Below are positions 1 through 9,584 of a DNA stretch of 64,000 bases, one piece after another. The notes beneath the pieces were generated by a model. It did no database searches and had not been told where the DNA came from. It saw nothing but the letters and a program-made list of their open reading frames with translations. A program made the translations under genes and the position numbers. Source of the stretch: an uncultured Prolixibacteraceae bacterium (GTDB lineage: Bacteria; Bacteroidota; Bacteroidia; Bacteroidales; FEN-979); the NCBI GenBank assembly GCA_964605775.1, contig CAZSDU010000001.1, forward strand, positions 282,283 through 346,282, in the 5' to 3' direction. Position 1 is the first letter of the stretch. Each line of letters opens with the position of its first letter.

Positions 1-71
1 CAATTGAACTACGGGGCCAATACGCATGCAAAGATAAGATTTTTAACTTTTACTTTTTATTGCGAATTGTT

Positions 72-79
72 TACCTTTG
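72..79 (+). promoter_or_regulatory. Candidate Bacteroidota -7 promoter box (TACCTTTG, fits TAnnTTTG) for fba
   Basis: Exact TAnnTTTG match 31 nt upstream of the ATG at 111. The same motif recurs upstream of many genes in this window. Confidence 0.4.
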
Positions 80-110
80 AATTTATAATTCATTCTAAAT
101 ATTATGCATC

Positions 111-1190
111 ATGTCAGAACATATTTTGGATAAAGTTGGCGCTGGTGTCGCCACAGGAAAAGCCTTACAGGAAATCTTCCGCATCGCCAGGGAAAACCGG
201 TTTGCCCTTCCCGCCGTAAATGTCGTCGGGACAAACTCCATCAATGCCGTCATGGAAGCAGCCCGAACGGTGAATTCCCCGGTGATCATTCAATTTTCAA
301 ACGGGGGAGGCATTTTTGTGGCAGGGAAATCCCTGAAAAATGAAAATGAACGCGTGGCCATCAAAGGTTCGATCTCTGGGGCCCAACATATTCATGAGGT
401 TGCGGAACTTTACGGCATTCCCGTGATCATCCACACCGATCATGCCGCCAAGAAATTGCTGCCCTGGATAGACGGATTGCTGGATGCCGGGGAAAAACAT
501 TTTAAACAACACGGGAAACCCTTGTTTTCTTCTCATATGCTTGACCTTTCGGAAGAACCCCTTGAGGAAAACATTGAGATATGCAAACGCTACCTGGAAC
601 GCATGAGCAAAATAGGTATGACCCTGGAGATCGAACTCGGCGTTACAGGCGGAGAAGAAGATGGAGTGGACAATACCGGGATTGACAGTTCACGGCTGTA
701 CACCCAGCCCGAGCATGTTGCCCTGGCTTATGAAACCCTGAAGAGTGTCAGTCCGGACTTCACCATCGCAGCCTCTTTCGGGAACGTTCATGGGGTATAT
801 AAACCCGGAAATGTTAAACTGGAACCTATCATCCTTCATAATTCACAGGTCTATATCCAGAAGAAATTCCACACTGAACCCAATCCGGTTAATTTTGTTT
901 TCCATGGAGGATCGGGTTCAGAACCTGAAAAAATCAAAGAAGCCATTTCCTATGGCGTAGTAAAAATGAACATTGACACCGATACCCAATGGGCTTACTG
1001 GGAGGGAATTCTTCAATATTACAGGAAAAACGAAGCTTATCTCCAGGGACAAATAGGCAATCCCGAAGGGGATGACAAACCCAATAAAAAATTCTATGAT
1101 CCCCGGGCCTGGTTGAGAGAAGGAGAAAAAACAATGGTGGAACGCCTGAAAATCGCTTTCACTGACCTGAACTGCTTAAACAGAAACTGA
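111..1190 (+). CDS. fba: Class II fructose-1,6-bisphosphate aldolase
   Basis: 359-aa ORF with full-length class IIa FBA look (FALPAVNVVGTNS, IIHTDHAAK, GGEEDG, FVFHGGSGS blocks). Confidence 0.93.
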   Translation: MSEHILDKVGAGVATGKALQEIFRIARENRFALPAVNVVGTNSINAVMEAARTVNSPVIIQFSNGGGIFVAGKSLKNENERVAIKGSISGAQHIHEVAELYGIPVIIHTDHAAKKLLPWIDGLLDAGEKHFKQHGKPLFSSHMLDLSEEPLEENIEICKRYLERMSKIGMTLEIELGVTGGEEDGVDNTGIDSSRLYTQPEHVALAYETLKSVSPDFTIAASFGNVHGVYKPGNVKLEPIILHNSQVYIQKKFHTEPNPVNFVFHGGSGSEPEKIKEAISYGVVKMNIDTDTQWAYWEGILQYYRKNEAYLQGQIGNPEGDDKPNKKFYDPRAWLREGEKTMVERLKIAFTDLNCLNRN

Positions 1191-1231
1191 AAAAACTCAG
1201 CACCTCACCAGCTCACTAACTCACCAGCTTC

Positions 1232-2083
1232 CTAAAACCCCTGTCCTGCCGCTAACGTTTCCTTTGGATGTATGCTCAGCACCGGAATAGGGGAATGGTT
1301 CACCGTCTGATGGGCAAATGGCCCCATGAAAATATTGGCCGTGGTCGTCTCCTGCTCTGTCATAATGACAATCAGATTGACATTCATAGCTTTGGCATAC
1401 TGAATGGTGCTATCAGAAATGTTTTCCGGTTCGAGATAATCAACGACATGGGCAACTCCTTCTGTTTCCATATGTCTGGCCACCTGAGAGGCATAAAGAT
1501 CCACATTCTGTCGTACATCCTTGATTTTGGAAGTATATAGTTTCAGAATGATGATTTCTGCTCCGTGATGCTTGGCCAGATAACCGGCCAGGGAAGCCTT
1601 TTGCCTGGTTTCCATCGTAGAGTCAATGGGCAAAAGAATGCGGCTGAGTGGCCGTTTAATGTCAATGCCCCCACGGATGGTAAGTACCGGACAGGGGCTG
1701 TCAGCCACAATTTTATTGGCGTTGCTGCCTGCCCAGAACTCTTCAAAACCAGAAGCCCCGTGAGTTCCGACTACAATCATCAGGGCATTGCTTGCCTTGG
1801 CTTCAGCAGTGACCTCCCGATAAATTTTCCCCTGACGGATTTTAAATGAAATATTATTGTCAGGAAGTTCAGGTTTGTACTTCGCAATCAATTCATGAAA
1901 AGCTTTTTGTACCTCACCCTGGGAAACTTCCTTGGTGCCGGCAAATTTTTCTTTTTCTGCCGAAGTTTTATTGACCCATAACAGGATCAGATCCTGTTTG
2001 CAATGCTGTGCAATGGAAAGGGCATGCAGGAAAGCATTGATGGAACATTCCGAAAAATCAATGGCTACGACGATGTTGCTCAT
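1232..2083 (-). CDS. Universal stress protein, tandem UspA domains
   Basis: 283 aa with two USP-like halves (IVVAIDFSE... and ILLPIDST...). Has a GTHGASGFEEF ATP-binding-type block and is a paralog of 2532..3374. Confidence 0.85.
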   Translation of the reverse strand: MSNIVVAIDFSECSINAFLHALSIAQHCKQDLILLWVNKTSAEKEKFAGTKEVSQGEVQKAFHELIAKYKPELPDNNISFKIRQGKIYREVTAEAKASNALMIVVGTHGASGFEEFWAGSNANKIVADSPCPVLTIRGGIDIKRPLSRILLPIDSTMETRQKASLAGYLAKHHGAEIIILKLYTSKIKDVRQNVDLYASQVARHMETEGVAHVVDYLEPENISDSTIQYAKAMNVNLIVIMTEQETTTANIFMGPFAHQTVNHSPIPVLSIHPKETLAAGQGF

Positions 2084-2094
2084 GGCTAATGGAT

Positions 2095-2535
2095 TTAGTT
2101 AATATCCTTGGGTAACTGTATCTGATCTTCAGTAATAAAAGCATTGGGAAAATCCATGGAAATTTTGTTTAAAAAATACTGGGCATCCAGCCTGCTGCGA
2201 AAATCACCCACCCTGACCCGGTAATTCGGAGATTTATACGACAGATAGGCTTCTACTTCAGGGTATCTTGTCCTGAATTCCTCCTGCATGGCCTGAGCCT
2301 GAATCTTGGCATTATTGCCCGAATCAAAAAATAATTGTATCCTGAAACCCTCAATGCCTGTTTGTTTCTGATTGATCTCTATATGTTTCCTGACCAGGAT
2401 TTCCACCCTCGGATCCTGGATAACTTCAATTTTCCCGTTTGCCGTCTTGATTTGCTGGCTATAGGAAAGCAAAGTAAAAACAACCATCGCTGTCAGGGTT
2501 AAGGTCAGGCGGGCAATATTTCCCGTAGGGTTCAT
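2095..2535 (-). CDS. SPOR domain protein (membrane-anchored, septal peptidoglycan binding type)
   Basis: 146 aa with an N-terminal hydrophobic anchor. The C-terminal FRIQLFF...YRVRVGDF...A pattern is typical of SPOR. 4-bp overlap with the upstream USP gene. Confidence 0.7.
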   Translation of the reverse strand: MNPTGNIARLTLTLTAMVVFTLLSYSQQIKTANGKIEVIQDPRVEILVRKHIEINQKQTGIEGFRIQLFFDSGNNAKIQAQAMQEEFRTRYPEVEAYLSYKSPNYRVRVGDFRSRLDAQYFLNKISMDFPNAFITEDQIQLPKDIN

Positions 2536-3374
2536 ACCAATCTGAAATTTTCCTGTGGATGTACACTGAGCACCGGTACCGGCGACTGGTTAATCAGTTG
2601 CTGTGCCTGTGCCCCCAGTAAAATATTCACGGGCGTTTCCTGTTCCGTCATGATACTGATCAGATCGGCTTCTACGCTGACGGCATAAGCAGTCAGGGCC
2701 TTGGTCAGATCATTCGCAATGATTTCGTCCTGGATAAACCTGATATCATGGGAATGAAGATAAGAAGAGGCTACCTGAGCATATTTTTCCGTGATCCGCT
2801 GAATGGATTTCAACCGGCTGGAATGGGTGGAAACAACATGCACCTCTGACTTGAAAATTTTTGCCAGTTTCACAACAAATGGAAGTTTTTGTATGGTCTC
2901 AGAGGATCCGTCAATGGGAAGAATTATACATTTTAAGTTGTTCTTCACCTGAAAATCATGGCGAACCGTAATGGAAGGACAGGAGGCATAAGTTACGATC
3001 TTAAAAGCGTTGCTTCCGATCCAGAATTCTTCAAAACCAGAGATCCCATGAGCGCCGGCTACAATGAGCCCAGCATCGACAGACTTGGCCATGTTATCCA
3101 CTTCATGATAAACTTTCCCCTTTCTAAGCCGGTATTCCATCTTAATGCCTTTAACGAGCTGCTTATTATACCCCAGTATGATCTCCTCAAACCTTTTCTT
3201 TGCTTCCATACGGTTCTGATTGGAAGTGTCAGGATATAACGATTCAAGCGAGGTCAGTTTATCAACCCATACCATGAACAGGTCAGATTTCATTTTATTC
3301 GCCAGTGAAATCGCGTATTCGATGGCATGGATGGAGGTATTTGAAAAATCAACGGCTACGAGGATGGGTTGCAT
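2532..3374 (-). CDS. Universal stress protein, tandem UspA domains
   Basis: 280 aa, same architecture as 1232..2083 (ILVAVDFSN..., GAHGISGFEEF, ILPIDGS...). Confidence 0.85.
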   Translation of the reverse strand: MQPILVAVDFSNTSIHAIEYAISLANKMKSDLFMVWVDKLTSLESLYPDTSNQNRMEAKKRFEEIILGYNKQLVKGIKMEYRLRKGKVYHEVDNMAKSVDAGLIVAGAHGISGFEEFWIGSNAFKIVTYASCPSITVRHDFQVKNNLKCIILPIDGSSETIQKLPFVVKLAKIFKSEVHVVSTHSSRLKSIQRITEKYAQVASSYLHSHDIRFIQDEIIANDLTKALTAYAVSVEADLISIMTEQETPVNILLGAQAQQLINQSPVPVLSVHPQENFRLV

Positions 3375-3447
3375 GATAGTAAATTTTAATTAATAACGTA
3401 AAAATAAGAATTTTAATCTACAAACACAAACAGCCTTGTTTTTTCTT

Positions 3448-3455
3448 TACTTTTG
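3448..3455 (+). promoter_or_regulatory. Candidate -7 box TACTTTTG for ruvB (near-leaderless spacing)
   Basis: TAnnTTTG match ending 5 nt before the ruvB ATG at 3461. Confidence 0.35.
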
Positions 3456-3460
3456 TCTTT

Positions 3461-4486
3461 ATGAATGAGCATCTGGATGCGAGCGGCCAGCAGTTAAGTC
3501 CTACGGAAAAAGAAATTGAAAAAGTTCTCCGTCCTTCCGGATTTGTTGAATTTTCAGGTCAGGATGCCATTGTAACCAACCTGAAAATCTTCGTTCAGGC
3601 AGCCCGTCAAAGAGAAGAATCCCTGGATCATGTATTGTTGCATGGACCTCCTGGTTTGGGAAAAACCACATTGGCTTACATCATTGCCAATGAGCTGAAT
3701 GTCAACATCAGGGTGACTTCCGGTCCGGTGCTCGACAAACCCGGCGACTTAGCCGGTCTGCTTACCAATCTTGAATCCCATGATGTTTTATTCATTGACG
3801 AAATTCACCGTCTTTCTCCCATTGTGGAAGAATATCTTTATTCCGCCATGGAAGACTACAAAATCGACATCATGATAGAAACCGGGCCCAATGCCCGAAG
3901 TATTCAGATTAATCTCAATCCATTTACTTTAATCGGGGCGACTACCCGTTCAGGATTACTCACAGCCCCCCTGAGATCGCGATTCGGAATCAATTCCCGC
4001 CTGAATTATTATCAGACTGACACATTAGAGAAAATCATCAAACGCTCGGCAGATATTTTAAAAGTCCCTATCAATACGCAGGCCACTGCAGAAATTGCCC
4101 GGCGCAGCAGGGGTACACCCCGGATTGCCAACCTCCTCTTACGCCGGGTAAGAGATTTTGCCCAGATCAAAGGCAACGGGAATATCGACCTTGAAATCAG
4201 TCAGTATGCCCTGGGTGCGCTAAACGTGGATAAAAACGGACTGGATGAAATGGATAATAAGATATTATCCGCCATCATTGATAAATTCAAAGGGGGACCT
4301 GTAGGTATTTCGACCATCGCCACCGCCGTTTCTGAAGATGCAGGCACCATTGAAGAAGTGTATGAACCCTTCCTTATCCAGGAAGGCTATCTGATGCGGA
4401 CTCCGAGAGGCAGGGAAGCCACCGAACTGGCATATCGCCACCTGGGTAAAATTGCAAAAGGAATTCAGCCTGGACTCTTCAGCTAG
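3461..4486 (+). CDS. ruvB: Holliday junction branch migration helicase RuvB
   Basis: 341 aa. Walker [10 protein letters not shown], Walker [27 protein letters not shown]-type block. Confidence 0.97.
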   Translation: MNEHLDASGQQLSPTEKEIEKVLRPSGFVEFSGQDAIVTNLKIFVQAARQREESLDHVLLHGPPGLGKTTLAYIIANELNVNIRVTSGPVLDKPGDLAGLLTNLESHDVLFIDEIHRLSPIVEEYLYSAMEDYKIDIMIETGPNARSIQINLNPFTLIGATTRSGLLTAPLRSRFGINSRLNYYQTDTLEKIIKRSADILKVPINTQATAEIARRSRGTPRIANLLLRRVRDFAQIKGNGNIDLEISQYALGALNVDKNGLDEMDNKILSAIIDKFKGGPVGISTIATAVSEDAGTIEEVYEPFLIQEGYLMRTPRGREATELAYRHLGKIAKGIQPGLFS

Positions 4487-4548
4487 GAATTAAAATTAGG
4501 CGTCTGAAAATGAGGATTTATACCTAATGGCTGATGGTATGATGTACG

Positions 4549-5499
4549 ATGAATATGAATGAAAAAATAAGAGCAGAAGCCTTAAAATTGGGGTTTTCCC
4601 ATTGTGGTTTTACCCAGGCACAGCCCCTGAATGAACTGAGGAATTTTTATACCTCTTATATCAAAGCAGGTAAGCAACAATGGTTTTCTTATCTCGCCGA
4701 ATATGCTGAAAAGCGAATGGATCCCTCCCTCCTCCTCCCCGGAGTAAAGTCGGTCATCGCCTTGCTGATGAATTATTACCCATCTGAAATCATCCCTGAT
4801 CAGGATCATTACATCATTGCAAAATATGCTTATGGCGAGGACTACCACCCCCTGATAAAGAAAAAGATGAACCTGCTGCTGGATTTCATTAAAACCCTCT
4901 CACCGGAAGCAGAAGGACGAATCTACGTGGATTCCGGCCCGGTCATGGAAAAAGCCTGGGCCATGCGCTGCGGACTGGGATGGCAAGGAAAAAACACTTT
5001 ACTGATCAATAGAAAAGGAGGATCTTTTTATTTTATCGGCATCATTCTGACCAACCTTGAACTCACACCCGATCAACCCGAAACCGATCATTGCGGGGAA
5101 TGTAATATCTGCCGGGAAGCCTGCCCCACCGGCGCCCTTGAAACCGCCTATGAGTTGGATATTGCCAGGTGTATCTCGTATTATACCATTGAAAGCAAAG
5201 CTGAGGTTCCGGATGAAATTGGTCAACATCTGAATGATCGCATCTATGGTTGCGACACCTGTCAGGATGCCTGTCCCTATAATCATTATGCCAAACCGGA
5301 TCAGCCTACTGTTTTTGCCGCTTCCCCGGAACTCATGAAAATGCGCAAGGCCGATTGGCATGCCCTGACCGAAGATCAATTCCATCAACTGTTTAAGCAT
5401 TCCGCCATAAAAAGAAGAGGATACGATTTATTGAAAAGAAATATCCGCGCTAACCTATCCCCAGGAAAAAGATCTAAACCCGAACCCGGCAAGGGCTAA
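4549..5499 (+). CDS. queG: Epoxyqueuosine reductase
   Basis: 316 aa. KYAYGEDYH block and two 4Fe-4S ferredoxin motifs (CGECNICREACP, CDTCQDACP). Confidence 0.85.
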   Translation: MNMNEKIRAEALKLGFSHCGFTQAQPLNELRNFYTSYIKAGKQQWFSYLAEYAEKRMDPSLLLPGVKSVIALLMNYYPSEIIPDQDHYIIAKYAYGEDYHPLIKKKMNLLLDFIKTLSPEAEGRIYVDSGPVMEKAWAMRCGLGWQGKNTLLINRKGGSFYFIGIILTNLELTPDQPETDHCGECNICREACPTGALETAYELDIARCISYYTIESKAEVPDEIGQHLNDRIYGCDTCQDACPYNHYAKPDQPTVFAASPELMKMRKADWHALTEDQFHQLFKHSAIKRRGYDLLKRNIRANLSPGKRSKPEPGKG

Positions 5500-6015
5500 A
5501 ACCCGGTCAATAACAGTCATGGCCAGCGCTTCAATACTTGCAGGTTTCGCATAGAAAGACGGGGAAGCCGGACAGATAATGGCGCCTGCTTCGGTCAGGA
5601 GTTTCATGTTGTTCAGGTGAATCAGATTATAGGGTGTTTCCCTGGGTACCAGAATCAGCTTTTTCTTTTCTTTCAGCATCACATCGGCAGCCCGGGTCAT
5701 CAGATCTTCAGAGACTCCGGAGGCGATACGTCCCAGGGTTCCCATGGAACATGGACAAATGATCATGCTGTCGTAACCGGATGAACCCGAAGCCATAGGT
5801 GCGAAAAAATCGGAGGGGTCATATGTTTTGAAGGGGAGTGAAGCAGCTTCGAAATTCCCGAGTTCATATTTCCAGACCTCCAGGGCATGAACAGAAAATA
5901 TAACGCTGCAATCTATAATCTGCTCCCTCAACCCGGCCAGTCTGTCCAGCAGCAGTTTGCCGTAAATGGAACCGCTGGCTCCGGTAATCCCGAGGATGAT
6001 TTTTTGTTTTTTCAT
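5455..6015 (-). CDS. ubiX: Flavin prenyltransferase UbiX family
   Basis: 186 aa. ITGASGSIYG and CPCSMGTLGRIASG blocks. The 3' end overlaps the queG 3' end by 45 nt. Confidence 0.85.
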   Translation of the reverse strand: MKKQKIILGITGASGSIYGKLLLDRLAGLREQIIDCSVIFSVHALEVWKYELGNFEAASLPFKTYDPSDFFAPMASGSSGYDSMIICPCSMGTLGRIASGVSEDLMTRAADVMLKEKKKLILVPRETPYNLIHLNNMKLLTEAGAIICPASPSFYAKPASIEALAMTVIDRVLALAGFGFRSFSWG

Positions 6016-6641
6016 CAGAAATCTTTTGCTTTAAAATCCCAGGAAAAAGATAAGGAAAGTACATTGTTGTACTGTCCCCATTCAAACAGTATTTTACGGT
6101 AACCTTCAGGATAAGGCGGTTTGGCATCCCTGATTGAAAGCAATGAATAATTAAGCCTGACCGTGGCCTTCAAATGCCTGGTGATGTAACCGGAAACGCC
6201 AAGAATACCGGATAGGGTAAGCGGTCGAAGGGGGATCATATTCGTGACCTCCCCATTCTCGGTTTCCTCATAGGATCCAATGGAAATATCCGCTGCCGGC
6301 CCTATTTCTGCTGAAAAACGCCGGGCAAAAGTGTACTGGTAAAGCAGCGGGATCTCAATATAGTGCAGGCGGAGAAGATACATCTTAAGGTCGCCCTTCT
6401 CAGGATTTGCATTTTTGCGGGCGCCTTTCTGTATGTATTCGAGTTCTAACTGAAAAGAAGAATGAGGGGAAACCTGAAGACTGACAAATCCCCCACCCAT
6501 GATCCCGATTTTATGATAGCCATCCCAGGTATCTCCATCCACCTGACTGATATCGCCACCGAAAAGAATACCCCCGTTAAAAATCTGGGAAAATCCGAAT
6601 AGGGGTAGAATCAAAATCAGAAAACACAAACGTCCTTTCAT
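6015..6641 (-). CDS. Outer-membrane beta-barrel (porin-family) protein
   Basis: 208 aa with a signal peptide, alternating beta-strand pattern and a C-terminal aromatic (..KAKDF). Confidence 0.6.
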   Translation of the reverse strand: MKGRLCFLILILPLFGFSQIFNGGILFGGDISQVDGDTWDGYHKIGIMGGGFVSLQVSPHSSFQLELEYIQKGARKNANPEKGDLKMYLLRLHYIEIPLLYQYTFARRFSAEIGPAADISIGSYEETENGEVTNMIPLRPLTLSGILGVSGYITRHLKATVRLNYSLLSIRDAKPPYPEGYRKILFEWGQYNNVLSLSFSWDFKAKDF

Positions 6642-6804
6642 TTCAGAGTTTTATTCAAAAATACAAATAATCAGGACAAACTCCTCCTCAGGAGTATATT
6701 CGGGGGAAGTTCATTAAATTATCGTTAATTTTAAACAGGTATCTCCCAAAAAAAATTTATTAATGCTTAATTTTTAATAATTTAGCAACAGAAATGCACA
6801 TTTC

Positions 6805-7491
6805 ATGAAAAAGAAAGATATGCTCATCCTATTAGTGGATGATGAGGAGGACATTCTTGAATTTCTCGGTTACAATCTGAGCCGGGAAGGATATCAGGTG
6901 ATGAAAGCCCGGTCAGGAAAAAAAGCGATTAAGCTGGCGATGAAAAACAAACCCCATCTCATCCTGCTGGATGTGATGATGCCTGAAATGGACGGGATCG
7001 AGACCTGTATGGAAATCAGGAAAATCCCTGAACTTTCGAATACCCTGATCGCTTTCCTTACAGCAAGGGGAGAAGATTTTTCCCAGATTGCCGGGTTTGA
7101 AGCAGGCGCCGATGATTATATCAGCAAACCCATCAAACCCAAACTTCTCATCAGCCGGATGCAGGCCATCCTCAGAAGATATAAGGAAGTACCTCCCGAT
7201 AATCCCCTGATCGAACTCAGGGACTTTACCATCGACCGGAATAAATATGTCATCCTCAAAAATGGAGAGGAAATCATCTTTCCCCGCAAGGAGTTTGAAT
7301 TGCTGCAATTCCTGGTCATGCACCCGGGCAAGGTGCTGAACAGGGAAGAAATTTTTTCCGGTGTATGGGGGGATGACGTGGTGGTGGGCGACCGCACCAT
7401 TGATGTTCATATCCGCAGGATCCGTGAAAAACTGGAAACCGATAGCATTAAGACCATCAAAGGGGTGGGCTATAAATTCGAAGAGTCATGA
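6805..7491 (+). CDS. OmpR/PhoB-family response regulator
   Basis: 228 aa. Receiver residues (DDEED, DVMMPEMDG, ISKP) plus a winged-helix C-terminus (TIDVHIRRIREKL, GVGYKF). Confidence 0.92.
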   Translation: MKKKDMLILLVDDEEDILEFLGYNLSREGYQVMKARSGKKAIKLAMKNKPHLILLDVMMPEMDGIETCMEIRKIPELSNTLIAFLTARGEDFSQIAGFEAGADDYISKPIKPKLLISRMQAILRRYKEVPPDNPLIELRDFTIDRNKYVILKNGEEIIFPRKEFELLQFLVMHPGKVLNREEIFSGVWGDDVVVGDRTIDVHIRRIREKLETDSIKTIKGVGYKFEES

Positions 7492-8546
7492 AATTCCATG
7501 ATCCGAAATACCTGGCTCTGCTGAACGCTGTCATTGCCACCGTGATGTACGGCTTTTTGTTCTTTGTTTCGGTCTTCTTCCTTTTCGACACCGGACTGTT
7601 TCACTGGAAGATTTTTCTGACTTTCACCCTTAGCGGGCTGATTATTTTTTCCGTGACCTTCCTTCTTTTTCGTTTTACCATCGACCGGTTTATTTACAGC
7701 AAGATCCGGCTGATCTATAAATCTATCCACAGCGTTAAAACAGCAAAAGAAAACAAACAGCGTTACAGGACCGATGACAACCTGCTGGAGCATGTGCAGG
7801 AGGAAGTGGAACAATGGAAAACGGAAAAGTCGGATGAAATAGAACGACTGACGCAACTGGAGCAGTACCGAAGAGACTTTATCGGGAATGTTTCCCATGA
7901 GCTCAAAACCCCCTTGTTCAATATCCAGGGATATGTTTCTACCCTCCTGGATGGCGGATTGAAAGACCGTACGATTAACAGGGATTACCTGAAGCGTACG
8001 GAAAAAAGCGTGGAACGCCTGATCCGTATCGTAAACGACCTGGATGAAATTGCCCAGTTGGAATCCGGGCAACTGAAGCTGAATGTCATCCGCTTTGACA
8101 TTGTCGCGCTATGCCATGAAGTGGTTGAAATGCTTGAATTGAAAGCCACCAAAAAGGACCTTCAGTTGATCATTCAGGAACCCGATAAAGCCATCTGGGT
8201 GGAAGGCGACAGGGAAAAAATCCGTCAGGTGCTCACCAATATCGTGGATAATTCCATCCGGTATAGCAATCATAAAAACAAAAAGACCAAGATCAGTTTC
8301 TTTGATATGGATGTGCACCTATTGATTGAAGTTACAGACAACGGGATCGGCATTGACCAGGAAGATCTCCCCAGGGTATTTGAACGCTTTTACCGCACAG
8401 AAAGGGGACGGGCTACTACCCGAAAAGGAAAGGGGCTGGGGCTAGCCATTGTCAAACACATTGTGGAAGCACATCAGCAAACGGTACATGTAAGAAGCGC
8501 CATAGGTGTTGGCACTACTTTTGGATTCACCTTGAAAAAAGCCTGA
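7488..8546 (+). CDS. Sensor histidine kinase (HisKA + HATPase_c)
   Basis: 352 aa. Two N-terminal TM helices, H-box SHELKTPL, N-box DNSIRYS, G-boxes DNGIGI and GKGLGLAIV. ATGA overlap with the regulator gene. Confidence 0.92.
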   Translation: MKFHDPKYLALLNAVIATVMYGFLFFVSVFFLFDTGLFHWKIFLTFTLSGLIIFSVTFLLFRFTIDRFIYSKIRLIYKSIHSVKTAKENKQRYRTDDNLLEHVQEEVEQWKTEKSDEIERLTQLEQYRRDFIGNVSHELKTPLFNIQGYVSTLLDGGLKDRTINRDYLKRTEKSVERLIRIVNDLDEIAQLESGQLKLNVIRFDIVALCHEVVEMLELKATKKDLQLIIQEPDKAIWVEGDREKIRQVLTNIVDNSIRYSNHKNKKTKISFFDMDVHLLIEVTDNGIGIDQEDLPRVFERFYRTERGRATTRKGKGLGLAIVKHIVEAHQQTVHVRSAIGVGTTFGFTLKKA

Positions 8547-8547
8547 T

Positions 8548-9522
8548 TCAGAGATTTCTTTCCGTGGTAAAGATCACGAGTTGTTCCAGGGAATTTCTAT
8601 ACTGGTTATCAGGAAATGTCTGTAAAAGCTCAAGGGCTTTTTGCTGATGATTCATCATCTTCTCCTGGGCATATTGAATTCCACCCGCCTGTTTCACTTT
8701 ATCTACCAGTTTTCCCACCCTGTCGGTGTCATGGGGATGATTTTTTACGGTATTGATGATCCATCGTTTTTCCATCACAGACGACTGATTCAACAGATAG
8801 ATAAGGGGAAGGGTCAATTTCTGATCGCGGATATCATTTCCATCCGGTTTACCGGTGAACTTATTTTTTCCATAATCAAAAAGATCGTCTTTAATCTGGA
8901 AGGCAATGCCAACATATTCTCCAAACTGCCATAACTTTCTGACGGTTTCCTGATCCGCACCCGTGGAGGCGACACCGCAGGCACAACAGGAGGCGATGAG
9001 CGTGGCGGTTTTTTTCCGTATGATCTCAAAATAAATTTCTTCCCGGATATCCAGGCGGCGGGCTTTTTCAATCTGAAGCAATTCCCCTTCGCTCATTTCC
9101 CTTACCGCATCGGAAACAATTCTGAGTAGTTGAAATTCATTGTTTTCAAGGGCAAGCAACAATCCCCTAGACAACAGGTAATCCCCAACAAGAACAGATA
9201 TCTTGTTTTTCCAGAGGGCATTCAAAGAAAAGAAGCCCCTGCGGAGGTTGGAATCATCCACCACATCATCATGAACCAGGGTAGCGGTATGCAATAACTC
9301 TATCAGGGAAGCGGCCCGGTATGTGCTCTCATTGACTTCACCGCATAAGCCGGCAGAAAAAAAAACAAACATGGGTCGAATTTGCTTTCCCTTGCGCTTG
9401 ATGATGTATCGTGTAATGACATCGAGTAAGGGAACCGAGCTTTTCATTGCCTTCCTGAACTTGTCCTCAAACAGGTTGATGTGTTGCTGAATGGGTGCTT
9501 TTATTTGCTCAAGCTGGCTCAC
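8548..9522 (-). CDS. Long-chain polyprenyl diphosphate synthase (IspB-like)
   Basis: 324 aa with both Asp-rich motifs (LVHDDVVDD and KDDLFD). Confidence 0.9.
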   Translation of the reverse strand: MSQLEQIKAPIQQHINLFEDKFRKAMKSSVPLLDVITRYIIKRKGKQIRPMFVFFSAGLCGEVNESTYRAASLIELLHTATLVHDDVVDDSNLRRGFFSLNALWKNKISVLVGDYLLSRGLLLALENNEFQLLRIVSDAVREMSEGELLQIEKARRLDIREEIYFEIIRKKTATLIASCCACGVASTGADQETVRKLWQFGEYVGIAFQIKDDLFDYGKNKFTGKPDGNDIRDQKLTLPLIYLLNQSSVMEKRWIINTVKNHPHDTDRVGKLVDKVKQAGGIQYAQEKMMNHQQKALELLQTFPDNQYRNSLEQLVIFTTERNL

Positions 9523-9584
9523 TAAGAAAAATTGAATTGGTAAAGTTACGCATTTTTATCAATTTTGCAGTTCAATACACGCGT

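Noticed and set aside
4-289. Small ORFs (71 aa plus strand, 64 aa minus strand) at the left edge.
   Set aside because: They overlap the fba promoter region and the fba 5' coding sequence and have no recognisable motifs. The fba start at 111 is well supported.
9495-9584. ORF-track N-terminal extensions. Starts at 9495, 13940, 19392, 21087, 24526, 59059, 59243 and 62965 were replaced by 9585, 13997, 19428, 21138, 24577, 59116, 59117 and 62893.
   Set aside because: The extensions overlap neighbouring genes or promoter and terminator elements. Several use TTG read as Met, encode hydrophobic low-complexity sequence absent from the recognised families, and are followed by an internal ATG that matches typical family N-termini.
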